A stretch of DNA of 64,000 nt. Source: Candidatus Latescibacterota bacterium (GTDB lineage Bacteria > Latescibacterota > UBA2968 > GCA-2709665). Location of the stretch: positions 1,856,001-1,920,000 of the forward strand of contig CBDCOX010000002.1 in assembly GCA_965219995.1 (NCBI GenBank). Direction: 5' to 3'. The notes beneath the pieces were generated by a model. The model had not been told where the DNA came from. It saw only the letters and a list, made by a program, of their open reading frames with translations, and made no database searches. Both the position numbers and the translations under genes were made by a program. Of the stretch, positions 56,010 to 64,000 are shown in pieces (within the stretch, counting starts at the first letter, position 1; every line of letters begins with the position of its first letter).

Positions 56010-57640
56010 CAGTTCAACCGCCTGATGATGTGATATCCCAGCGGCGTCTGAACGATCCCGCTGGTTTCACCCACCCGCAATTTCAGCACTGCCTCCTCAA
56101 AAGCGGGATTCAAATCGCCAGGGGAAAAAAACCCAAGATCGCCCCCGATCTCCGCGGACGAGTCGTTGGAGTGTTCCCGGGCCAGCATCCTGAAATCCTC
56201 GCCCGCATCGAGTTTATTGAGGATCTCCTGCGCCTCGACTTCCGTATCCACGAGAATGTGGTACACCCAGAGCTTCCCTGACTGTATCCCCTCGATTTCG
56301 TCAATCTTCATTTGAGCAGCTTGCGCGATCTCTTCGTTCGGACTGAAGGCGACGGCTTTTTCAAAGGCCCGCTTCGCCTGGTCAAACTCCCGCTTCGAGG
56401 TCCGGGCCAGACCGATATTGAACAGTACGCCCGCGTTGGTGGAATCCACCGCCAATGCTCTGCTGTAAACGACAAGCGCCGAGTCCAGGTCCTGCTGCTG
56501 CGCGTGAATCAAGGCGAGATCTCCATACGGTTCCAGGATATTCGGATTCGATTGTATGGTCGCCTCCAGAGCTATCTTGGCCTGCTCCATGTCTCCCTTC
56601 TGCAGATAGACCTGCGCAACGCCGTACTCGAGGCGCGCACGTTCGGACTCCGGCGCAATCTCCAGGATCAACCGGTATTCGCCAAGCGCCAGGTCCCAGT
56701 GCCGAAGAACGGTATACAGCCGCGCCAGCGCGGAACGGGTGTCCAGATCGCGCGGCTCCAACTGAGACACTTTCTCCCACGCTTTCCTGGCAACGTCCAG
56801 CGAGTCCACCTCGGCTGCCATCTGACCCATGGATCGATGTACCTCGGGATCGTCCGGCGCGATGGAAGCCGCCCGCCGGTACGCGGCGAAAGCCTCCCCG
56901 GTCCGCCGCATCGAGTGGTAGATGGCACCCTTGTTTACAAGCAGGGTGACGTCGTTCGGATTCTTCTCCAACTCCCTTTCAAGTACCGATATCGCCCGAA
57001 TGTAGAGCCGATTCGCATCCTCAGGTTTGCCCAGCGCCCCATAGATCTGGCCCTGATTGATCATCAGCACCACGCTTTCGGGGTTGTTCCTCAACCCCAG
57101 TTCGAATACCGACAGCGCTTTGTTGGGGTCCTTCAACGCGACGTGCAGTCCGGCGAGGGACTGGTATGCCTCGATATTCTGAGGATCCAGCGAAACCGCG
57201 TCCCTGAGGTCCTGAATTGCCAGACCCGGATTTCCGGCCTCCTGGTACAGCAATGCCCGGTCCATCAGGAGGAGGACGGAATTCGGAATCTCTGTTAACC
57301 CCCGATTCAAGACTTCCAGTGCTTCCCGACCCCTGTTCAGCTGCGCGTGGATTCTGAAGAGCGCGTCGTAAGGCGCTTCGATTTTCGGCCCCAGTTCGAT
57401 CGCCTTTTCAAACGCCCGGATGGCGCCCTCCGGCTGACCCAACTGCGCGAATACCATTCCGAGTACGCCTTGAGCATTCGCGCTATCCGGAAACGTCTCC
57501 GTGAACTGCCGAGCCGTAACCAGCGCGGAATCCGCCCGTCCCCGGGCGCCGTGCTCGCCGATCTCCGACAGGAAGTCCCGGGCCGTCGCATTTTCGCTCC
57601 ACAGTATCAGACAGCAGATGACAACAATCGTCCGTTTCAA
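56009..57640 (-). CDS. Exported TPR-repeat protein fused to a PpiC/parvulin peptidyl-prolyl isomerase
   Basis: Signal peptide after TTG 57640 (SD GGAGG) and many TPRs. C-terminal HILV...F..LAREHS.D.S...GGDLG...FEEA...GYHII. Confidence 0.88.
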   Translation of the reverse strand: MKRTIVVICCLILWSENATARDFLSEIGEHGARGRADSALVTARQFTETFPDSANAQGVLGMVFAQLGQPEGAIRAFEKAIELGPKIEAPYDALFRIHAQLNRGREALEVLNRGLTEIPNSVLLLMDRALLYQEAGNPGLAIQDLRDAVSLDPQNIEAYQSLAGLHVALKDPNKALSVFELGLRNNPESVVLMINQGQIYGALGKPEDANRLYIRAISVLERELEKNPNDVTLLVNKGAIYHSMRRTGEAFAAYRRAASIAPDDPEVHRSMGQMAAEVDSLDVARKAWEKVSQLEPRDLDTRSALARLYTVLRHWDLALGEYRLILEIAPESERARLEYGVAQVYLQKGDMEQAKIALEATIQSNPNILEPYGDLALIHAQQQDLDSALVVYSRALAVDSTNAGVLFNIGLARTSKREFDQAKRAFEKAVAFSPNEEIAQAAQMKIDEIEGIQSGKLWVYHILVDTEVEAQEILNKLDAGEDFRMLAREHSNDSSAEIGGDLGFFSPGDLNPAFEEAVLKLRVGETSGIVQTPLGYHIIRRLN

Positions 57641-57723
57641 CCGATCGCCTCCATTTGAAAAGTTGATCCGAATTCCTTCCGGATGCCCTCTGGTCGCTCT
57701 GTCTCTCCTTTTCCGCGAAACCC

Positions 57724-57752
57724 TTGACAAGCTCCGGGATTCCCGGTATTAT
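57724..57752 (+). promoter_or_regulatory. sigma70-like promoter with a palindrome in the spacer
   Basis: TTGACA-17 nt-TATTAT; the spacer contains CCGGGA-T-TCCCGG. Confidence 0.65.
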
Positions 57753-57935
57753 CCAGAGGTTTTCGATACGCCCGACACTGCAGCGTCCATTAAAAGGCTT
57801 CCAGGCCTGTCATGCCGCTTGTGGAGGGGCTTGGACTTCAGGGCGGCGTTGCGGCGCCGCCTTCAACCGCAGTCAGAGTCCTGTCCCTCATCCACGGTGG
57901 GAGGCGACAATCCGCCTGAACCCCTGTTTTTCTGT

Positions 57936-58559
57936 ATGAGCGTCCTGCAACGGGATCCCATTCCCGCCATACTGCTCTCGCTCGCAGCCAGCTATCTGGC
58001 GTACGACCATCTTCCGGACAGGGTCCCGGTCCACTGGGACGCGTTCGGACGTATCGATGCGGAACTACACAAGCGGATTGGCGTCTTGCTGCATCCCGGG
58101 GCGATGACGTTCGTCTACATCTTCTTTCGACTGATCCCTTTTGTCGACAGGAACCGGGTGCGACAGTTGAACGAGATCGGACTCTACGATCCATTCCGAA
58201 ACGGCGCGGTTCTCCTCTTCGGATACAGCCATCTCCTTTTGCTGGGCATCGGCCTGGGGTGGGTAGACCGCGGCGCAAACCTCTTTGCGGGCCTGCTCTC
58301 GCTCTCCTCAATCCTCGCGGGCAACCACCTCAAGCACCTGCGCTTTGCATGGTTCGATCGTATCCTTGGCCGGATCGGTGTATCGAGCGCGCCGCACGCG
58401 CGGAACTTTGCCTGCAATATCCTCATCTTCTGCGGGGTACTCGGTCAGGCAGGCGCCGCAACCGCCAGCCTGCAAGTGGCCTGGTTTCTGTTGCCGCTGG
58501 CCGTCGGTTGCTTTCTCGTGCGCCGCCGCTTTCCCGTGAATCGGAAACCGGCGCCGTGA
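57936..58559 (+). CDS. DUF1648 (SdpI-like) membrane protein
   Basis: YDHLPDRVPVHWDAFGRID motif followed by TM helices. The start is uncertain (weak SD). Confidence 0.75.
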   Translation: MSVLQRDPIPAILLSLAASYLAYDHLPDRVPVHWDAFGRIDAELHKRIGVLLHPGAMTFVYIFFRLIPFVDRNRVRQLNEIGLYDPFRNGAVLLFGYSHLLLLGIGLGWVDRGANLFAGLLSLSSILAGNHLKHLRFAWFDRILGRIGVSSAPHARNFACNILIFCGVLGQAGAATASLQVAWFLLPLAVGCFLVRRRFPVNRKPAP

Positions 58560-59443
58560 CCGTGCTCAACGAACGCCTGACTCTCCAGGCCGGCAGCCTC
58601 GCCCTGATTACGGCCGTCCTCTGGGGCGGCAACTCCATCGCCATCAAGATCGCCCTCGACGGCCTGCCTCCGCTCGCCCTTGCCGCCGCCCGCTTTCTTC
58701 TGGGCGGGCTGGCTGTAATCCCGTGGGCGTACCTCTCCGGCGTTCCGCTCCGGCCCGGATCCGGCGAAAGACGAGGTCTGTTTCAACTGGTTCTGCTTTT
58801 TGTCGCGCAAATCTACCTGCTCAATGCAGGCACGAATATCACGACGGCCGGCAGGTCGACCGTCTTCATCTCCACCTACCCGTTTTTCACCGCCGTCTTC
58901 GCCCACCTGTTCATGCCCGGAGACCGGCTGAGCGGCCTCAAGATTTCAGGTATGACCCTCTCGTTTGCCGGTGTCGTGCTCGTGTTTGTCGACAGTCTGG
59001 CCAGTGGACGCCTCGGCTATCTGGTTGGAGACGTCATGGTGCTGGCGAGCGGTCTGCTGCTCGGCGCCAGGCAGGTCTATACCAAGAAGCTGACCCAATA
59101 CATCCATCCCGCACGGCTTCTGTTATGGCAGGCTGCGCTCAGCCTGCCGGCGTTCATTCTGCTGAGTGCCCTGTTGGAGGACCTGGAACCCACCGTCATT
59201 CAACCGGGCATCGTTGGTGCGATCATCTACCAGGGCCTCGTGGTTGCCGGGTTTTGTTTCCTTGTTTCCGTTTCTCTCCTGCGACGCTACAGAGCCAGTC
59301 GCCTGGGCGCGTTCGGCTTCGTTACGCCCGTTGTGGGTGTGGTATTCAGCGACCTGCTACTGGGAGAGGTAATCTCCACGACACTATTCATCAGTGTGCT
59401 GATGGTTGGAGCCGGCGTCGCCATCGTCAATACGGAGACCTGA
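58556..59443 (+). CDS. DMT/EamA family transporter
   Basis: LWGGN..AIK..L...PP...AAARF, two EamA halves and TPVVGV...LLGE. GTGA overlap with the upstream gene. Confidence 0.9.
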   Translation: MTVLNERLTLQAGSLALITAVLWGGNSIAIKIALDGLPPLALAAARFLLGGLAVIPWAYLSGVPLRPGSGERRGLFQLVLLFVAQIYLLNAGTNITTAGRSTVFISTYPFFTAVFAHLFMPGDRLSGLKISGMTLSFAGVVLVFVDSLASGRLGYLVGDVMVLASGLLLGARQVYTKKLTQYIHPARLLLWQAALSLPAFILLSALLEDLEPTVIQPGIVGAIIYQGLVVAGFCFLVSVSLLRRYRASRLGAFGFVTPVVGVVFSDLLLGEVISTTLFISVLMVGAGVAIVNTET

Positions 59444-59519
59444 CGAACGACGGGCGCCGCAAAGCGTCCAGGCGTCCACGTCTCGCGGTACGGACACCGC
59501 AAAGGGGCGATCCGCCGGA

Positions 59520-60863
59520 CTACGCCTCCCCTACCATGACGAACGCCACGTCCGCAACATTGGTTCCCGTCGGACCCGTCATCACCAGGTCGCCAAGCGG
59601 CTTGAAGAAGTGGTAGGCGTCGTTGTTCTTCAACGATTCAATGGCAGACAGTCCTGCTGATTCCGCTCGTGCGATCGTTTCGGCATCCGCGATCGCCCCC
59701 GCGGCGTCCGTGGGACCGTCGGTTCCATCCGTTCCGCCGCTGAACAGAACTGTCCCCGCCCATCCGGACAGATGCATCGCGCCGGCCAGCACCAGTTCCT
59801 GGTTGCGTCCACCCTTGCCGTTTCCTCGAACGGTAACCGTTGTTTCGCCGCCGGCGATCACGCAGGCGGGCGCCGTCACAGGCGCCCCGGATTCGAGGAT
59901 TTCCTTGCCGATGGCCGAATAAACGTGTGCGACCTCACGGGCCTCACCCTCCAGGCGCGTGGACAGCACCAGCGTATTGTAGCCCAGATGCCGGGCGCGT
60001 TCGGCGGCGGCGGCCACCGCCAGACCGTTGCTTCCGACAATTACGTTATGGCATCTCTCCAGCACAGCGTCTCCCGGTTTCGGCGTCTCCGGAATCGCTC
60101 CCGCCGCGCCCGCTTCGAACCGCTCCCTCACCGCTTCAGGCAACCGATCCGAAACCTCGTACTTCTGAAAAATCTCCATACAGGCTTTGAACCTGGACGT
60201 ATCGGGTACTGTGGGTCCCGATGCGATGACGTCCATCGGGTCGCCGATGACGTCCGACAGCATCAGGGATACCACCGTGGCCGGAAACGCCGCGCGGGCG
60301 AGCCCTCCACCCTTGACCCTGGACAGGTGCTTGCGGACCGCGTTCAACTCCACGATATTGGCGCCGCATTCAAGCAGCAAACGGGTAGTCTCCTGCTTCT
60401 CCGCGAGCGTAATCCCCTCCGAAGGCGCGGGCATCAGCGCCGAACCCCCACCTGAAATCAGACAGATCACCAGGGTCCGGTCGTCGGCCGCGTCCAGCAG
60501 CCCCAGAATCTGACGTGTCCCGTCGACACCGGCCTCATCCGGAACCGGATGCCCGCACTCAACGATTCTTATCCGGTCCAGCGGCTCCGCATGTTCGTAC
60601 TTGGTATTGATGACCCCATCGGAAATCCAGTCGCCCAGCAGGCTTTCGAGCGCGACACCCATCCGCGGCGACGCCTTGCCGGTTCCCACCACGATCACCC
60701 TGTCGAACGCATCCAGGTCGAAATCCTTGCCGCCGATATTGACCGAGTCCCCATGCGTTCTGACAAATCGCTTCACGCACTCCTGAGCGTCCACCGCCGC
60801 CACCGCCGATTCAAAGATCGACGAAGCATCCGCGCGCATTCCGGTAACGGTGAAACTACGCAT
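59520..60863 (-). CDS. Glycerate 2-kinase (MOFRL/TtuD type)
   Basis: GTGKAS, GHPVPD, LISGGGSAL, RKHLSRVKGG, IASGPT, GGETTV, GGRNQE, GTDGTDG and TGPTGTNV. Confidence 0.93.
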   Translation of the reverse strand: MRSFTVTGMRADASSIFESAVAAVDAQECVKRFVRTHGDSVNIGGKDFDLDAFDRVIVVGTGKASPRMGVALESLLGDWISDGVINTKYEHAEPLDRIRIVECGHPVPDEAGVDGTRQILGLLDAADDRTLVICLISGGGSALMPAPSEGITLAEKQETTRLLLECGANIVELNAVRKHLSRVKGGGLARAAFPATVVSLMLSDVIGDPMDVIASGPTVPDTSRFKACMEIFQKYEVSDRLPEAVRERFEAGAAGAIPETPKPGDAVLERCHNVIVGSNGLAVAAAAERARHLGYNTLVLSTRLEGEAREVAHVYSAIGKEILESGAPVTAPACVIAGGETTVTVRGNGKGGRNQELVLAGAMHLSGWAGTVLFSGGTDGTDGPTDAAGAIADAETIARAESAGLSAIESLKNNDAYHFFKPLGDLVMTGPTGTNVADVAFVMVGEA

Positions 60864-60936
60864 CCTGTTCGATCCCCACATTTGCAGGCCGCCCGGGTGT
60901 TCTGTCCCAGGCCGGTCCGCCGTACGAGCGGCGCGG

Positions 60937-63204
60937 CTACCTTCGAATGTCGAACGTGATGGCCGCCCTGCCGGTCTGCCCGCTGTTTTCATCCAGAACC
61001 AGGATTTTCAGGACCTGCCTCCCGGGTTCTGACGCACCCATATCCAATTCAAGGTAGGCCGGCTCGTCCGTAGCCGTGCCGACGTGTTCATATTCAATGC
61101 TGATGACGTTACCCTCTTCCCGTTTCCCGATCAGGCGTCCGAGTCCGCTCAATACGCGCGCGCCCACGCTGGTTCGACCCAACGATCGTATCTCGTACGA
61201 AATGCGATATTTCGTCGATCCGAATTCATCCCGTTTCAGATTATAGATTTCGTAATAGATGAACACCGGTTCGCCGAAGCGGTAGGTCCTGGACGCCATG
61301 GGAATCACTTCGATATCACCCTTTACGAAACGGCCCCGTTCCGCGACGTTGATTCTCGCCCCCATTTCAACTTCGCTCAACATCAGATTCGTCCCTGAAT
61401 ACGCCTTCAGGTTACGGTCTTCTCTGTATATCTGCGTCATGCCGGAGTTCCGATCCATCACCTGCACGTCGACCCGGTATACGCCAGCGGGCAACAGGAT
61501 CCGGTCGATTGCAGGAATAAAGGTCCCGCCCGAAGTGTCCACGACACCCGAGGCGCGGAGGACCATGTCGTCGTCTGTCCGGTAAACGGGCTTGTTCTCG
61601 TCGTTATAGACCGCCACACCCCGGACCAGGTGCGCCAGCCGCCCCGCATCCCCGTCCCGATATGTCAGGTCCCGGGTGGGTATGCCGTAGTACACCTCCA
61701 TCGCCGTCTTGTCATTGTCGCCTCGAAACGAGGCCGTATAGAAATAGAAGTCGAGCGGGCCCGTGGCGAATGTCGGGCGGTAGGTGGCAGGCTGCCGCGC
61801 CACCTGATCGAGCAAAACGGCCTTCGGGTTCATCCTCTGCCAGATTCTCGTAATCCGCCCCGTACCCAAGGGCATTCTCGCGAATTCGTAGGGCCCGGGA
61901 AAATTCGGTTGAACGAAGGTCATTTCGATGCCCTTGCCCACGCTGGTATATATCCAGTATTCCCATATGCCGCCCACGGGATACACCGGCCAGCCCAGTA
62001 TGGACGACTGGGCGACCTCTCCAAGGGAACGGACTTCGTCCTTCATAAGCTTCGCGGCGGCCGCCCCGGCCGACGCAATCAGGCGATCCTTGACCGCCAG
62101 TACCCTGGGGTCCGTCTCGAACCGGACGTCGCCGGATCGGCTGACATGATCCGGATCACCGAAGCGGATATAGACTTCCCCGCGGTCGTCCCAGGGGAAT
62201 TTGTACTGCCCGTGACTCTCCCTGGCCCTGGCCACGCGACGATAGTGTTCAACCTGGCGCTCGTTCGCGGCCGATGCCGGCGCCGGATCCTGCCCGACCC
62301 AGAACGCCTCTGCGGCCGCCTTCAATTCTTCCAACGAAAGGTCGCCGGGATCTCCGCCGCTCCTTGAGACCAGACTCAGGTCGTAGTAGAGTCGTTGCTC
62401 CTCCGGCTCCAGCAGCGAAATATAGGCTTCGAACGTGGCCTGCGCCCGGTCAAAGTCCCGCCGCCTCTGGTAGACGTCCGCCAGTTCCAGCACCGCCCGG
62501 CGCTGATGCGGGTTCCGCGTTCGGATCACGGACAGCAGTTCGTCGATTGCCTGCTCCGTCCGATTCAGCAGTTTCAGTACGACCCCCAGCTGCAATCGCG
62601 CGCCGAAATGGTCCGCGTTCACCGCAATCTGGTCCCGGTAGGCTTTTTCCGCCTTTCCGTACTCCCCGTCCGTCTCTTCAATTCTTCCAATCTGATAGAA
62701 CGCATCCGGGTGGCGCGGGTCCATCCTGACCACCTTGCGGTAGGCCTTGAACGTCTCACTGCTGCCAAAACGCTGGTACGTCTCTGCCAGATTGTATTGC
62801 GCTTCGACGTATTGCTTATCCGCTCGCAGGGCGTCCCGAAACGCATTGATTGCATTACGGAGCTGCTTGGGCCGGTCCCGGTACGTGAGGCCCAGGCCGT
62901 TAAAGGCCGGCGCATACCGCTTCCGCTTCCTGAGCGCCTGCCGGAACATCACTTCGGCCGAATCCAGTTCGCCGTGTTTCAGGAAAATATGACCGAGACC
63001 CACGTAGGACGGCGCGTGTTTCGCGTCGATTGAAATTGCCGTTTTGAAAGCCCGCGCGGCCGCCTCAAACGCCTCATCATTCAACAGTGCCATCGCACGG
63101 TCGTAGTGCGCCTCGGCCACACCGGGGCCGTCGCTCTTCGCCTGCGCCGGGCCGCTGAAGACGAGCGTCGTCAGGACCACCACGTGCCACGTGAATCGTC
63201 TCAT
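60937..63204 (-). CDS. TPR-repeat, GWxTD-domain exported protein (paralogue of 1231-3642)
   Basis: Signal peptide, TPRs, FWVGQDP..NERQVEHYRRV...PWDDRGEVYIRFGDP and IYYEIYNL. SD GGAGGAGG. Confidence 0.85.
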   Translation of the reverse strand: MRRFTWHVVVLTTLVFSGPAQAKSDGPGVAEAHYDRAMALLNDEAFEAAARAFKTAISIDAKHAPSYVGLGHIFLKHGELDSAEVMFRQALRKRKRYAPAFNGLGLTYRDRPKQLRNAINAFRDALRADKQYVEAQYNLAETYQRFGSSETFKAYRKVVRMDPRHPDAFYQIGRIEETDGEYGKAEKAYRDQIAVNADHFGARLQLGVVLKLLNRTEQAIDELLSVIRTRNPHQRRAVLELADVYQRRRDFDRAQATFEAYISLLEPEEQRLYYDLSLVSRSGGDPGDLSLEELKAAAEAFWVGQDPAPASAANERQVEHYRRVARARESHGQYKFPWDDRGEVYIRFGDPDHVSRSGDVRFETDPRVLAVKDRLIASAGAAAAKLMKDEVRSLGEVAQSSILGWPVYPVGGIWEYWIYTSVGKGIEMTFVQPNFPGPYEFARMPLGTGRITRIWQRMNPKAVLLDQVARQPATYRPTFATGPLDFYFYTASFRGDNDKTAMEVYYGIPTRDLTYRDGDAGRLAHLVRGVAVYNDENKPVYRTDDDMVLRASGVVDTSGGTFIPAIDRILLPAGVYRVDVQVMDRNSGMTQIYREDRNLKAYSGTNLMLSEVEMGARINVAERGRFVKGDIEVIPMASRTYRFGEPVFIYYEIYNLKRDEFGSTKYRISYEIRSLGRTSVGARVLSGLGRLIGKREEGNVISIEYEHVGTATDEPAYLELDMGASEPGRQVLKILVLDENSGQTGRAAITFDIRR

Positions 63205-63506
63205 CTACCTCCTCCTGCGAGGAGTCCTATCGATGTCCTGGCGCTAATCAGCGGGGGTTCGAGAGATCTTCGCGAGACCGGAACGGCAAACGCGATTCCA
63301 GTTTCGTCGGGAGCCATCGGTTGCCACCGCTCTGATCTGTTGCGGGGCGTTCCATGCGTCGCAAACAGGATTTCACCACAGAATACTAATGATACAAAAA
63401 AGGCCCGAAAAACACAAGCACGGGCAGGCCTCCCGGCCCGAAAATGCGCCACCGTTACGCCCAGTCGGTCCAGCCTGTCTCGCCACGTTCCAAGGGCATC
63501 CGCAGG

Positions 63507-64000
63507 CTACTCCGGTACGCCACGACCGCCTCCATCGGGAACGTGAAGCCCGATCGTCTCCAGATGCATCTCCAAAAATCTCAGAAACGCCGTGGCGGCG
63601 CGTGAAAGATGTCCGCCTTCGCGTCGCACCATCCCAACCTGACGCACGGGGAGCCCCGTCGCCTGAAGCGCGGTCAGCCTGCCCGAACCAACTTCCTCCC
63701 GGACCGCCACTTCGGGCACGATCGCGACACCCAGACCGATTTCGACAAATCGCTTGATGACTTCGATGCTGCCCAGTTCCATGGTAACTTGCGGGTGGAG
63801 TCCTGCCTCGGAGAACATCCGATCCATCAGTCCTCTGCTTGTGCTTCCCCGTTCAAGCATCAACATCGCGCTATCGCTCAGCGCACGCAGGTCCACCGTC
63901 TCCGCATGAGCCAGGGGATGCGTCGGACCGCAAACGGCGACGTCTTCTCTGATGAAGAGCGGCCTGGTCCTCACCCTGGGTTCGGTTACGGGAAGCGTGG
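63507..64000 (-). CDS. LysR-family regulator, C-terminal substrate-binding part (5' end outside the window)
   Basis: HPLA, ERGSTSR, MELGSIEVIKRFVEIGLGVAIVP and LSRAATAF. Confidence 0.88.
   Translation of the reverse strand, partial: TLPVTEPRVRTRPLFIREDVAVCGPTHPLAHAETVDLRALSDSAMLMLERGSTSRGLMDRMFSEAGLHPQVTMELGSIEVIKRFVEIGLGVAIVPEVAVREEVGSGRLTALQATGLPVRQVGMVRREGGHLSRAATAFLRFLEMHLETIGLHVPDGGGRGVPE

Noticed and set aside
59444-59519. Two CGCAAAG-containing hairpin-like segments reminiscent of a c-di-GMP riboswitch
   Set aside because: They lie between convergent 3' ends with no downstream gene to control, and they lack the full consensus.
63106-63546. Short ORFs between the GWxTD gene and LysR
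   Set aside because: No SD, motif or coding-like composition; most likely intergenic or promoter DNA.

Overview
A gene-dense, GC-rich bacterial chromosomal window with about 46 CDSs, one tRNA-Thr(CGT), one ~160-bp MITE, and several sigma70-like promoters and intrinsic terminators. I see no CRISPR array, rRNA, prophage, integrase or transposase. The gene content (TPR-GWxTD proteins, a DUF6785-type membrane protein, an ASPIC/UnbV protein with a C-terminal dockerin-like tail, heparinase II/III-like proteins, sulfatase, UxuA-like and ceramidase-like paralogues) suggests a Gram-negative FCB-group organism such as Candidatus Latescibacterota; this is inference. There are three blocks. (1) 1-15.5 kb: envelope and secreted proteins plus a TonB receptor/lipoprotein pair. 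(2) 15.5-42.8 kb: a long run of mostly cytoplasmic glycan, sugar-acid and amino-acid catabolic enzymes. (3) 43-57.6 kb: a co-oriented minus-strand cluster of TPR-PPIase, GT4, TolC, a bifunctional IPCT/CDP-alcohol phosphotransferase, an MlaC/HpnM-like protein, an MMPL/RND transporter, an internally duplicated unknown membrane protein, a GMC oxidoreductase and a Gfo/Idh/MocA oxidoreductase, followed by a prenyl diphosphate synthase and transaldolase. Block 3 is the best candidate for an undescribed system: synthesis, modification and trans-envelope export of a CDP-polyol (probably inositol)-derived lipid. All calls come from reading motifs by eye; no database searches were run.
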